This document shows, piece after piece, positions 8,738 to 18,340 of a stretch of 32,000 bases of DNA; positions within the stretch are counted from its first letter, which is position 1, and the number at the start of each line of letters is the position of its first letter. The stretch lies in assembly GCA_001192655.1 (NCBI GenBank), contig BBVC01000074.1, positions 3,767-35,766 of the forward strand. The letters run 5' to 3'. The notes beneath the pieces were generated by a model. It was not told where the DNA came from. It worked only from the letters and a program-made list of their open reading frames with translations, and searched no databases. A program made the translations under genes and the position numbers. This DNA comes from Caedimonas varicaedens (GTDB lineage Bacteria > Pseudomonadota > Alphaproteobacteria > Caedimonadales > Caedimonadaceae).

Positions 8738-9199
8738 TTAACTCTTCAAGCTTTTCAAAACTTCTTTCATATGCCCGGCTACATCTACCTTACGCCAAAT
8801 ATGCGTCAGTTTTCCCTGCGCATCCATAAGAAAAGTTGAACGCTCAATACCCCAAAAAGTGCGCCCATACATGCTTTTTTGTTTCAGGACGTCGTAGAGT
8901 TTACACAGGATTCCCTCTTCATCTGATCCAAGATCAAAAGGAAGAGAGTATTTTTCCTGGAATTTTTTATGAGATCGCAAACCATCCTGAGAAATACCCA
9001 GAACTTCCGCTCCCAATGACTGAATTTGTTCATAAACGTCCCGAAAACCACAGGATTCTAAAGTGCATCCTGGCGTATCATCCTTGGGGTAAAAATATAA
9101 AATCAGTTTTTTACCTTTATAATCCTTAAGGCTGACCTTTCGATTTTCGTCCACCAAAACACTGAATTCAGGAGCGGGTTGACCAATTTCAAGCGTCAT
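8738..9199 (-). CDS. bcp: thioredoxin-dependent thiol peroxidase (peroxiredoxin Bcp)
   Basis: 153 aa. It has YFYPKDDTPGCTLESCGFRD with the peroxidatic Cys in the PGCT context, and the length and fold are typical of Bcp. Confidence 0.9.
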   Translation of the reverse strand: MTLEIGQPAPEFSVLVDENRKVSLKDYKGKKLILYFYPKDDTPGCTLESCGFRDVYEQIQSLGAEVLGISQDGLRSHKKFQEKYSLPFDLGSDEEGILCKLYDVLKQKSMYGRTFWGIERSTFLMDAQGKLTHIWRKVDVAGHMKEVLKSLKS

Positions 9200-9284
9200 T
9201 ATTATTTCTTCCTCGCAAGTTTATTTAAATTCATCCTTTTTGCCTCTCGGCAATATCTTATTTAATGAGTATACTCCTGATATT

Positions 9285-12200
9285 ATGAATTATAAATCCT
9301 TTAAAAAAGCAGGTGTTTATTTTCTTAGAGCAAGCTTTATGGCTGTAGGGCTGACAAGCGTTCTAATGCTGGCGCTTGTCGTGCGTCTTCACCAAGGCCC
9401 CCTTTCTCTGGAAGCTTTTAAACCAACTCTTCAACGACAGATGGAAAAGCTTGCTCCTGATTTTGTGATAACACTTGATCACCCGGAAATGATTTGGAAA
9501 GGGCTAGATAATCCTTTCAGGATTCATTTTCGTAAAATTGGTGTCAAACGTCGAGAAGGCGCCATAGCAGAGGGTTCTATTGGGTCGGTAAGCCTGACAT
9601 ATAACATTACCGATTTATTGACAAAAGGAATCAGTCCAGCCGGCATTGAAATTGAATCCCCTCATTTCACTTTTGAAGGAAAGGATTTTTTTTCCTTTCT
9701 TTCTGCGCCTCAGAAAAAATCATCCGAGAAAGATGTTTCCCTTTCTCTGGTTCATAGCCTTTTACGTTCAAATCTCAAGCTTCTTAAAATAAGCCAGGCG
9801 CGAATAACGCTTCATGATCCAGAAGGATGGGGTGTTTGGACATTGCCCTCCAGTGATATTGTTCTTAAAAGATCTCCCCATGAAATCGAGGCAAGCGTTT
9901 CTACACTATGGAAAACTGACAAATTCTCCATGCTATTACGGTATTTGCCTGCTTCTCAGGAAATAGCTTTTTCTCTTTCTCTTCCACGGCTCTCGACATC
10001 TTTTCTAAAAAGCCTTCAGAATAATCATTTTGAAAACGCTTCGGATCAGATAAAAAAAATTGTACAGGTTTTACGTACAAGTGTCCTAGACTTTTCCTTA
10101 CAATTTGATGGTCATTATCATTTCAAAAAAGGAATTGAATTAGCTGACCTTCAACTGACACTTTTTGAAGGAATTCTTGATTTTCCTGAGTTTTTGCCCA
10201 AAATCCTCAAACTTCAGGAAGGAAAACTTAAGATAACAGCAAGGGATAACCTTGTGACCCTTGAGTCTTGCCAATTAAAATCAGACAAAAAAACTGCAAA
10301 TATCAAGGGTACCGCTGTCTGGAATCCAGAAACGCAGCGCCTCCCCTTCGAGCTTTCTGCAGAAGCAACCCAGGTTTTAGCAGATTCCCTGAAAGATATT
10401 TGGCCCCATCTCCTGGCGCCTCTCCCACGACAATGGGTTCTTGGCCATATCTCCAGAGCCGTTTTTCCACGTGCTACGTGTACCCTTAAGGGGGAAGCTT
10501 TTCTTGATGCTGAGTCCGTGAACGCCAAACTTCATCACCTTCAGGGGAAGCTAGAGTTTGTGAATGGGGACGTGAAGTATATGGATGAGCTCCCTACAGT
10601 AGAAGGGGTGAATGGGATTGCAACTTATAATATGCAAGACTTTAAAATTCAGCTTACAAAGGGTCAAAGCGCGGGGCTTAAGCTTACAAAAGGTCAAATA
10701 GACATTCACGGATTGGATCAGGAAGATCAAACTTTGGAAATGAAGCTTGATATTTCATCCTCTCTTCCAGAAACACTCAAGTTTATCGATTTACCGCCGC
10801 TAAAATTTGCTCAAAAATATGATATGGATAAAATGAATTGTCATGGGGATGCTCATACAACCCTGGCGATGACTTTTCCCTTGATCACTCAATTGAGCCT
10901 GTCCCAAATTCAAGCTCAGGCCACTTCTCAACTTTCAAATGTTTCTTTGACCAAGCCGTTAGAGTCTCTTGACGTTTCTGTCTCAAAAGGAGATTTTTCT
11001 CTAAGGGTTGATTCCCATAAAGTACTCCTTCAGGGTCGGGGGTTCCTCAATAATGCCCCTTCTCAAATTCTTTGGGAACGAGCACTATCCAACAAATTTC
11101 CTGATGTAAAAAAACTGAAGGTTGATTTTTCTTGTACGCCTCTTTGGTTAAAAAGTATTGGATTTAACCTTCCTTTTTCCTTTACAGCCGCGATTCCCAC
11201 ACAAATTTCATATTCTGAAAATAAAGAACGAAAAGGAGTTTTGGAAATAACCTCTGATTTGACTCCTGCTGAAATTCTAATCCTGGGCTGGACAAAACGT
11301 CTTAAAAATAAGGGTAACCTTTCCATAGTCCTGGACTTGCAGAATGATGTCCCTCAATTGTTAAGAAAGTTTTCTGCAATGTCGGTAGACGGCCTTAAGA
11401 TTGACAGCGAAGGCGTATTTGACAAAACAGGAAAAGCCTTTAAGTCATTCAAGTTACATCACTTTACAGCAGGACAGAATCAATTTCATGGAACTCTCAC
11501 AAGGGACAGACATGGAAGATACGATATTAACGTAAACGGTCAATCCTTGAATATCGAATCTTTCTTAAAGGAAATGGGTGAGAAAGAATCTACTCTGCCA
11601 GAAGAGGGATTAGCCGTTAAGGCGAAATTCGATAAACTTCAGCTTGATCCAGAACAAACACTTTTTGGAAACAGTTTGGATTTTTATAGTAAAAAAGGCC
11701 GCTTTCTTTCCTTCGAATATGCCGCATACCTTCGCCTTTCCAAGAAGAAAGAAAACTTGATCCACGCCATGATAACCTCTCTTCCCAATAATACCAGACG
11801 ACTAACACTACAGACCCCTGCGGCAGGAAAGCTTCTTAAAGCTTTTGGATTTCCTTTAACGGTTTATGAGGGACTTTTACAACTTTATGCCATTCGCAAT
11901 GACGCTCAAAGTCAGGGTCCATGGGAAGGAAAGCTCAGGATACAGAATTTCTCAGTCAAGGATGTTCCTGTTCTAGGTCAAATCCTCTCTCTTGCTTTTC
12001 CCACAGGTATGGTCGATCTTTTTTCAGACAAGGGGCTTTCTTTCCAGCAATTCAGAACCCGATTTTCTCTGACGCCGCGAAAACTTATTATCTCTAATGG
12101 TCATGCCCAAGGAGCTTCGCTGGGGATGACCATTCAGGGGAATATGGATCGTTCCCTCAATAATATCAATCTTTCAGGTTCAGTGATCCCCGCTTATGTC

Positions 12201-12446
12201 CTGAATTCCTTGTTATCAAAAATTCCTTTACTGGGCGAGATCATCACAGGTGGAAAACATGAGGGTATTTTTTCTGTTTCCTATACAGTTCAAGGCTCCC
12301 GCGCAAATCCTATTGTCAGAGTAAATCCTGTCTCACTCTTTACACCGGGTTTTTTGCGGAAAATTTTTGACTTTGATTCGAACGAATCCGAAGAAGAAAA
12401 AAACGATCTCTCCTTTGATTTTGAAGGAACAAAAACTAATCCCTGA
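9285..12446 (+). CDS. large envelope protein of the YhdP/AsmA-like (DUF3971) family
   Basis: The track ORF starts at TTG 9240, but I prefer ATG 9285 ([33 protein letters not shown], an N-terminal TM anchor). The long beta-rich body ends in [66 protein letters not shown], which is typical of the AsmA-like C-terminal region in alphaproteobacteria. Confidence 0.65.
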   Translation: MNYKSFKKAGVYFLRASFMAVGLTSVLMLALVVRLHQGPLSLEAFKPTLQRQMEKLAPDFVITLDHPEMIWKGLDNPFRIHFRKIGVKRREGAIAEGSIGSVSLTYNITDLLTKGISPAGIEIESPHFTFEGKDFFSFLSAPQKKSSEKDVSLSLVHSLLRSNLKLLKISQARITLHDPEGWGVWTLPSSDIVLKRSPHEIEASVSTLWKTDKFSMLLRYLPASQEIAFSLSLPRLSTSFLKSLQNNHFENASDQIKKIVQVLRTSVLDFSLQFDGHYHFKKGIELADLQLTLFEGILDFPEFLPKILKLQEGKLKITARDNLVTLESCQLKSDKKTANIKGTAVWNPETQRLPFELSAEATQVLADSLKDIWPHLLAPLPRQWVLGHISRAVFPRATCTLKGEAFLDAESVNAKLHHLQGKLEFVNGDVKYMDELPTVEGVNGIATYNMQDFKIQLTKGQSAGLKLTKGQIDIHGLDQEDQTLEMKLDISSSLPETLKFIDLPPLKFAQKYDMDKMNCHGDAHTTLAMTFPLITQLSLSQIQAQATSQLSNVSLTKPLESLDVSVSKGDFSLRVDSHKVLLQGRGFLNNAPSQILWERALSNKFPDVKKLKVDFSCTPLWLKSIGFNLPFSFTAAIPTQISYSENKERKGVLEITSDLTPAEILILGWTKRLKNKGNLSIVLDLQNDVPQLLRKFSAMSVDGLKIDSEGVFDKTGKAFKSFKLHHFTAGQNQFHGTLTRDRHGRYDINVNGQSLNIESFLKEMGEKESTLPEEGLAVKAKFDKLQLDPEQTLFGNSLDFYSKKGRFLSFEYAAYLRLSKKKENLIHAMITSLPNNTRRLTLQTPAAGKLLKAFGFPLTVYEGLLQLYAIRNDAQSQGPWEGKLRIQNFSVKDVPVLGQILSLAFPTGMVDLFSDKGLSFQQFRTRFSLTPRKLIISNGHAQGASLGMTIQGNMDRSLNNINLSGSVIPAYVLNSLLSKIPLLGEIITGGKHEGIFSVSYTVQGSRANPIVRVNPVSLFTPGFLRKIFDFDSNESEEEKNDLSFDFEGTKTNP

Positions 12447-13704
12447 GTTTTACCAGAGCATGGCGTTTTCTTCCTGCAGAAAGTTTCAAGCAAGTTGTCT
12501 CTTCGAATTCCCGCAGCGTGACTTTATAATTTTCATCTGTCACTGGTTCATCATTAAGACGAGCACCCTGACCGCGAATCAGACGTCGCGCCTCTCCATT
12601 ACTGGGAACCAACCCTGTAGATCTGAAAAGGTCAACAAGGCTAATCCCCGCTTTTACTTGTTCCCGTTCAATATCAAGAGTAGGGAGTGAGACCTCTGTC
12701 AGAGAACCGGTGTGCTGTGCATCAAAAAGGGTTGTTGATGTTTTTCGAGCTTCGCTTACGGCTTCTTCACCATGGCAAAGACGAGTTGCTTCATCAGCAA
12801 GGATTTTCTTTGCCTCATTGAGTTCCTGTCCCTGGAGTTCTTCTAGTTTAGCAATTTCTGTCAAAGGAAGATCTGTAAACATACGCAGGAATTTTCCCAC
12901 ATCTGCATCATGCGTATTGCGCCAGAACTGCCAGAAATCGAAAGTTGAGAGTTGCAGTTCATTCAACCAGACAGCCCCCTGTGCGGTCTTTCCCATCTTG
13001 GCACCGCTGGCTGTTGTAATAAGAGGAGAAGTCAACCCAAAAGACTCGGAGCGCTGAACACGGCGAATCAGGTCAACGCCAGAAACGATATTTCCCCATT
13101 GATCCGCACCACCCAGTTGCAAGGTTACGTCGTAACGTTTCCTCAATTCAAGGAAATCGTAAGCCTGTAAAATCATATAGTTGAATTCCAGAAAGCTGAG
13201 CGGTTGCTCTCGCTCAAGGCGCAGACGAATGCTGTCAAAAGTCATCATGCGATTAATAGAAAAATGGCGGCCATAATCACGCAAAAAATCAAGGTAATTA
13301 AGGTCATTGAGCCATAGAGCGTTATTAACCATAAGAGCATCTGTCGCTCCTTGTCCAAACGTAAGATACCGAGCAAAGATTTTTTCCATGGAATCAAGAT
13401 TGGCAGTGATTTCTTCTTCACTTAATACTTTGCGCATTTCATCCTTGCCAGAAGGATCGCCAACACGGGTTGTCCCACCTCCCATCAAGACAATGGGCTT
13501 ATGTCCTGTACGCTGTAAAAGCCGAAGACGCATAATTTGCACCAAATTGCCCACATGCAGGCTTTTGGCCGTAGCATCAAACCCCAAATAGGCAATCACT
13601 CCATTCTTTGACATCTGAGCGTCAAGCGACTCTAAATCTGTTGCTTGATGGAAAAAACCACGGGCAATCGTCTCACGAAGGAAGTCTGATTTTGGTTTAA
13701 ACAT
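12436..13704 (-). CDS. tyrS: tyrosine--tRNA ligase
   Basis: 422 aa with a HIGH-type motif (SLHVGNL), a KMSKS-type motif (KMGKT) and a C-terminal S4-like domain. Its 3' end overlaps the convergent YhdP-like gene by 11 nt. Confidence 0.95.
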   Translation of the reverse strand: MFKPKSDFLRETIARGFFHQATDLESLDAQMSKNGVIAYLGFDATAKSLHVGNLVQIMRLRLLQRTGHKPIVLMGGGTTRVGDPSGKDEMRKVLSEEEITANLDSMEKIFARYLTFGQGATDALMVNNALWLNDLNYLDFLRDYGRHFSINRMMTFDSIRLRLEREQPLSFLEFNYMILQAYDFLELRKRYDVTLQLGGADQWGNIVSGVDLIRRVQRSESFGLTSPLITTASGAKMGKTAQGAVWLNELQLSTFDFWQFWRNTHDADVGKFLRMFTDLPLTEIAKLEELQGQELNEAKKILADEATRLCHGEEAVSEARKTSTTLFDAQHTGSLTEVSLPTLDIEREQVKAGISLVDLFRSTGLVPSNGEARRLIRGQGARLNDEPVTDENYKVTLREFEETTCLKLSAGRKRHALVKLRD

Positions 13705-13827
13705 CTTTGATCATCCCCAAGCTGCATCACAAACCTTGAATACCACACCAGCAAATGTATCAAAAGAAGAAAGAAAATATCTCCTTCTCAAAAACTAGGA
13801 GTACCCTTTCTCAATGGAACGAAACGT

Positions 13828-14760
13828 CTAGGACTGTTGGTAAAAGGAGGTAAGACGTGCTTTGTCGTATTGTTGGAATCCGAAAGACTTAATAATTGTC
13901 TTAACGCGCCCTGTATATGTTCTTCCAAGTTCTGAATACCTTAACAATCCTTCTGCCAATTTAAGCGGACAAAGTTGCTCACCTGTATTCCGAAGTTTTG
14001 CACGAATCGCACGCATGGGGGCATAAGCCTCATGAGTATTAAGATTATGAATGTAGTGGCTAACACTTTCCTGAAGGGAATTATAGGAAAAAACGCGAGT
14101 ACGGCTTTTCATCATGCCAAAGGGAGAATTAAAGCGCTGCGCCGCCAGAGACCCACCCCACCCTGTTTCGACCACAGCCTGACCAAGCGCGAGAGAAGGC
14201 GGAATCACATCTACTCTTTTTAAAAGTTCGGCTATTGTTACTCGACGAAGTTTATATTTAAGAGCTAAGTTGTTCAGTCGCTGCATTTGCTCAAAGTTAA
14301 GCTTTTTCCCCGTGTCCTTAATTTTTTTCAGGATGAGTAAATACTCTCGTTCGGACTGAACTTTTTCATTATGAGCCAAAATAGAAGGAAGCAAGTTGCT
14401 GACAAAAGTTTCTTTTCGCGAACTAATATTCGTCAGATAAGCCAAATTTGAAGAAAAACGTGTTGGATATGTGCGAGCAATCCTCATCGCCTCTTCCAAT
14501 TTACTGCATTCTGCGAAAGGACGACAATTTAAAGAGGTCTGCAAATCCTCTTTATAGTCAGCATTAACCTGTTTGATCACTGAAATAAGAGAAGATTCCT
14601 GTGCAATAAAAAGAGTTTCAGTCCCTCTAAGGGCGCTTGTTGTATGACGCACATTCCAGAAGACCAGTCCATAGAGAGTCACAACCATTACAGTGACTCC
14701 CCCCATAATCAATTTATGACCGTAATGACCGCTTTTTATGAAATTGGATTTCTGATTCAT
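13828..14760 (-). CDS. Bax-like glucosaminidase-domain protein (membrane-anchored peptidoglycan hydrolase family)
   Basis: 310 aa. It has an N-terminal TM helix (LIMGGVTVMVVTLYGLVFW) and a C-terminal block, ALGQAVVETGWGGSLAAQRFNSPFGM, typical of the mannosyl-glycoprotein endo-beta-N-acetylglucosaminidase/Bax family. Confidence 0.65.
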   Translation of the reverse strand: MNQKSNFIKSGHYGHKLIMGGVTVMVVTLYGLVFWNVRHTTSALRGTETLFIAQESSLISVIKQVNADYKEDLQTSLNCRPFAECSKLEEAMRIARTYPTRFSSNLAYLTNISSRKETFVSNLLPSILAHNEKVQSEREYLLILKKIKDTGKKLNFEQMQRLNNLALKYKLRRVTIAELLKRVDVIPPSLALGQAVVETGWGGSLAAQRFNSPFGMMKSRTRVFSYNSLQESVSHYIHNLNTHEAYAPMRAIRAKLRNTGEQLCPLKLAEGLLRYSELGRTYTGRVKTIIKSFGFQQYDKARLTSFYQQS

Positions 14761-14794
14761 TCCTCTTCCCTAAATTATTAATCCAAAAGAAACA

Positions 14795-15340
14795 TTAAAT
14801 CGCACGAACTTCTTCAATCTCAGGAATATAGTGTTTCAACATATTCTCAATCCCTGATTTTAAAGTTGCGGATGAACTGGGACAGCCAGAGCAAGCTCCC
14901 TGCATCTGGAGATAAACAATACCATTTTCAAATCTTTGGAACACGATATCTCCACCATCCATGGCAACAGCAGGACGGACACGGGTCTCCAAAAGCTCTT
15001 TAATTTCCTGTTCAATCTCGCTCAGTTCCTCATGGGAAGAAAATCCTTCTTCTTCTCGAACAGAGACATGGTCATGAACCATGAAATATTCCATAATTGA
15101 TCCCAAAATAGACGGCTTAAGAACCGCCCAAGATGAAGTCTCATTTTTGGTCACCGAGATAAAATCACTCCCAAAAAATACATTCCTGACATCCTGAATA
15201 CTAAAAATTTTTTGTGCCAGAGGAGCACGTCGAGAAGATTCGAATGTAGGAAAATCAGCAGTCCCTGAAACCATAACAACCTTGCCAGGCAGAAACTTAA
15301 GGGTCGCAGGATTCGGCGTTTCTTCAGTTTGAATGAACAT
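14795..15340 (-). CDS. NifU/Nfu-family Fe-S cluster assembly protein (Nfu_N + NifU C-terminal domain)
   Basis: 181 aa. It begins MFIQTEETPNPATLKFLPGK (Nfu_N) and has a C-terminal GDIVFQRFENGIVYLQMQGACSGCPSS with the CxxC motif. Confidence 0.9.
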   Translation of the reverse strand: MFIQTEETPNPATLKFLPGKVVMVSGTADFPTFESSRRAPLAQKIFSIQDVRNVFFGSDFISVTKNETSSWAVLKPSILGSIMEYFMVHDHVSVREEEGFSSHEELSEIEQEIKELLETRVRPAVAMDGGDIVFQRFENGIVYLQMQGACSGCPSSSATLKSGIENMLKHYIPEIEEVRAI

Positions 15341-15383
15341 CGCTGTCCTCTTTCAAAAGCTGTGATCCATCTCCATACTGAGG

Positions 15384-15411
15384 ATTATGGATGAATAATG
15401 TTTAATGTCAA
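15384..15411 (-). promoter_or_regulatory. sigma70-type promoter candidate for the nfu-like gene
   Basis: The minus strand reads TTGACA (15411-15406), a 16-nt spacer, then CATAAT (15389-15384). It lies about 45 nt upstream of the ATG at 15340. Confidence 0.45.
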
Positions 15412-15644
15412 TCTTTATAAAACCTCTTTATGGATAAATCAATCCCAAAAATTTCTTATTTTTTTAAAAGTAAAAATCTTCTTTTCTATCTTTTTAATAA
15501 AAGTAAAAATTTTCTATATATTGAAGGCTAATTTTTAATTAAAGATAGACTTAAAGAAAACCCATCAATATTCTATATAAAACTTGGTAATATTATAATT
15601 TTTTGCCAAAAATACAAACTATTGAATCTTTTAATTTCTTGAGA

Positions 15645-16406
15645 TTAAAGAGTGAGCCCCAATCCATGACGAAGGATATCGTCAGCATCTTGCGTCAGAC
15701 GATTATCCTGGTCATGAATCAAAAGTCCCTGAGAAAGGCGCGTAGGCCCAAAAGTATTCTTACGTCCCTGAATGATGACTCTTTTGGCATCTTTCCCCAA
15801 ACCAGGCCAAAGAGGAAAAACAATAATATCTCCCATTTTGCCATTCATAAGAGCCAATAATGTATCAAGGCGATCGGCCCGATGAATAAAGGTAACTGTC
15901 CCCTTAGGGCGGGCCATAAGATGACAGAAGTTGACCCAATCAGCCAATGTCGCTTCTGATTCAGTATTGGATAGACCTTTTGAGGGTATTTTAGAAAGTG
16001 TCGTTTTTGCCAGTTCATGATAGGGAGGATTTGCCATGACATGATGATAGGATCCCGCCGCGATACGGGGCGGGAAACGCAAAAGGTTACCATTAATGAC
16101 TTCCAGATAATCCTGATGATGATTGACACGAATATTTTTCGACGCCAGAGACGCAAGTTCGCGTTGCATCTCTAGTCCTAGAATTTGTATATCTTTTAAG
16201 CGCTTGGCAAGGCAAAGCATGGCGGCTCCCACACCTGTGCCAACATCCAAAATGCTCTCGCTGTTTTTCGCCGGAATAGCTGCAGCTAAAAATATGGGGT
16301 CAATAGCGACACGGTACCCCTCTTTGGGTTGCTCAAGAATAACGCAGCCATTTAATAAAGTATCAGTTGTGGTTATCATTCCAAACCTGCTAAATTGCTC
16401 ATTCAA
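15645..16406 (-). CDS. SAM-dependent N6-adenine methyltransferase, tRNA1(Val) m6A37 (YfiC/TrmN6)-like
   Basis: 253 aa with the SAM-binding motif ILDVGTGVGAA and the catalytic NPPY motif (MANPPYH). It is divergent from ispB, as in many alphaproteobacteria. Confidence 0.75.
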   Translation of the reverse strand: MNEQFSRFGMITTTDTLLNGCVILEQPKEGYRVAIDPIFLAAAIPAKNSESILDVGTGVGAAMLCLAKRLKDIQILGLEMQRELASLASKNIRVNHHQDYLEVINGNLLRFPPRIAAGSYHHVMANPPYHELAKTTLSKIPSKGLSNTESEATLADWVNFCHLMARPKGTVTFIHRADRLDTLLALMNGKMGDIIVFPLWPGLGKDAKRVIIQGRKNTFGPTRLSQGLLIHDQDNRLTQDADDILRHGLGLTL

Positions 16407-16491
16407 GAGTTGAAACTAAGTTGTCACTTTAGCGTACTCGGCTCTGAATGAATAGAATTAAAAATAATTTAGTGTTTTGGAGAATTTTTAA

Positions 16492-17514
16492 ATGTCCGTA
16501 AAGCCCCATCAGTGGATGGATGATGCCCAGAATTCAAAGCCCAGTTTAAGTTCTCTTTTAACTCTCGTTGAAGAAGATCTGAAGGCGGTCAATGAGCTTG
16601 TTATCAAACGCATGCAAAATCCTGTTGAGCTTATTCCTGAATTAGCAAGGCATTTGATTGCCTCTGGCGGCAAGCGCATTCGACCTTTGTTAACACTTGC
16701 CTCAGCAAGGCTTTGCACCTATGAAGGCTCACACCATATTACACTGGCAGCGTGTGTTGAATTTATCCATTCTGCAACATTGCTCCATGATGACGTCATC
16801 GATGAAAGCAGTATGCGTCGAGGTGTTGTTTCTGCTCATGAAATCTGGGGGAATCAGGCAAGTGTCCTGGTCGGTGATTTTCTTTTCAGCCGCGCTTTCC
16901 AGCTTATGGTTGAGGTAGGATCGCTTGATATTTTGTCAATTCTTTCAAATGCTTCGGCAACGATTGCCCAGGGAGAAGTTCTTCAATTGCTGACATCTCA
17001 AAATCTGGAGACGACACACGAGAAATATCTTCAGGTAATCTCCTCCAAAACCGCTAAACTTTTTGAAGCTGCCGCTGAAATTGGCGCTGTTTTAGGAAAA
17101 CGTACAGATCAGGAAAGAGAGGCGTTGGCTTCTTTTGGCCGAAATATAGGAATTGCATTCCAATTAGTAGATGATGTCCTGGACTATGGCACGCATAAGA
17201 TAAAATTTGGAAAAAATGTGGGGGATGATTTTAAGGAAGGGAAAATAACTCTTCCCGTCGTATGGGCTTTTGAACATGGGTCCATTGAAGAGAAAAAGTT
17301 TTGGCAACGGACTCTTGGTGATTTGAATCAAAAAGAGGGAGATTTGAATCAGGCCATTGCCTATATGATGAAACACAAGGCTCTTGAGAAAACTCTTGAG
17401 AGCGCCGGCACCTATGCCCGGGAAGCACAAAATCAACTGCAAATCTTTCCTCTTACACCTGTACGGGCAGCCCTAGAAGAATTAACATGTTTCGTAGTCA
17501 GTCAGGCTCTTTGA
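16492..17514 (+). CDS. ispB: polyprenyl (octaprenyl-type) diphosphate synthase
   Basis: 340 aa with the first and second Asp-rich motifs LLHDDVIDES and QLVDDVLDY, and GKRIRP near the N-terminus. Confidence 0.9.
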   Translation: MSVKPHQWMDDAQNSKPSLSSLLTLVEEDLKAVNELVIKRMQNPVELIPELARHLIASGGKRIRPLLTLASARLCTYEGSHHITLAACVEFIHSATLLHDDVIDESSMRRGVVSAHEIWGNQASVLVGDFLFSRAFQLMVEVGSLDILSILSNASATIAQGEVLQLLTSQNLETTHEKYLQVISSKTAKLFEAAAEIGAVLGKRTDQEREALASFGRNIGIAFQLVDDVLDYGTHKIKFGKNVGDDFKEGKITLPVVWAFEHGSIEEKKFWQRTLGDLNQKEGDLNQAIAYMMKHKALEKTLESAGTYAREAQNQLQIFPLTPVRAALEELTCFVVSQAL

Positions 17515-17521
17515 TTCCTTA

Positions 17522-17550
17522 TTGACAGAGTCATTGAAAAATCCTATATA
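17522..17550 (+). promoter_or_regulatory. near-consensus sigma70-type promoter upstream of rpmH
   Basis: TTGACA (17522-17527), a 17-nt spacer, then TATATA (17545-17550). AAGGAG at 17572-17577 lies 9 nt before the rpmH GTG. Confidence 0.6.
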
Positions 17551-17586
17551 AAAACCCAAAGTATAGAAGTCAAGGAGTCCTAACGC

Positions 17587-17721
17587 GTGAAAAGAACATA
17601 TCAACCCAGCCAGCTTGTACGCAAGCGTCGTCATGGTTTTCGTGCCCGCATGCAAACCGTAGGCGGACGTAGAGTTATTGCTGCTCGCCGCTCTAAAGGG
17701 CGGGCGCGTCTTTCGGCATAA
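17587..17721 (+). CDS. rpmH: 50S ribosomal protein L34
   Basis: Not in the ORF track because it is under 60 aa. Hand translation from GTG 17587 gives [44 protein letters not shown], then a stop. It has a strong SD and the conserved position upstream of rnpA. Confidence 0.95.
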   Translation: MKRTYQPSQLVRKRRHGFRARMQTVGGRRVIAARRSKGRARLSA

Positions 17722-17784
17722 CAAACCCTGACTTTATATTCTCTTAAAAAACGACGTGACTTTAAGCGTCTTCAAAAAGAAGGC

Positions 17785-18111
17785 GTGAAGTGGGTGGCGC
17801 CTTCCTTTATTTTACAGATGACTTCTTCGGAAATTCAGGAAAAAAGAATTGGTTATATTGTAACGCGCAAAATAGGTTCCGCTGTAACCCGCAATCGGGT
17901 ACGGCGAAGACTTAAGGAAGCGGTTCGCCATGTATTTCCTGCGCAAATTACTGAGGGGCAGGATTATATTTTGATTGCAAGAGAGAACGCTCTGACGCAA
18001 AATTTTTCCGAATTGGAAAAAGATTTGCTTTGGTCTTTACGTCATGTTCAACGCCTTGATCGCGAGAAGCAAGATCGAAACAAGCCAGCCGCGGATAAAA
18101 TACATGTATAA
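17785..18111 (+). CDS. rnpA: ribonuclease P protein component
   Basis: The basic RnpA-like sequence is [26 protein letters not shown]. The first canonical start is GTG 17785, but the family-typical N-terminal LKKRRDFKRLQKEG is encoded in-frame upstream (17743-17784) with only CTG 17728 available as a start, so the true 5' end is probably upstream. Confidence 0.85.
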   Translation: MKWVAPSFILQMTSSEIQEKRIGYIVTRKIGSAVTRNRVRRRLKEAVRHVFPAQITEGQDYILIARENALTQNFSELEKDLLWSLRHVQRLDREKQDRNKPAADKIHV

Positions 18112-18328
18112 AAAGTTTTGGCGAGGATTATTCCAGATCTATAAAAAGGGTATTTCTCCCTTTCTGCCTTCTGCATGTCGCTACTTCCCAACATGTTCAG
18201 AATATGCTTATATAGCCACTCAAAAACATGGCTTTTGGAAGGGAGGATGGCTTTCTTTGAAAAGAATTTTAAGATGTCACCCCTGGGGATCCTCGGGTAT
18301 TGACTATCCGCCAGATGTTCTCTCTTAA
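18104..18328 (+). CDS. yidD: membrane protein insertion efficiency factor YidD
   Basis: The track ORF starts at 18044, but I prefer ATG 18104 ([61 protein letters not shown]). It overlaps the rnpA stop by 8 nt. Confidence 0.9.
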   Translation: MYKKFWRGLFQIYKKGISPFLPSACRYFPTCSEYAYIATQKHGFWKGGWLSLKRILRCHPWGSSGIDYPPDVLS

Positions 18329-18340
18329 AAAATGTAAAGT

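Noticed and set aside
15429-15437. DnaA-box-like TTATCCATA (minus strand) in an AT-rich spacer, considered as a possible oriC
   Set aside because: It is a single near-consensus box with one mismatch to TTATCCACA. There is no cluster of boxes, and the flanking genes are not those usually associated with alphaproteobacterial origins.
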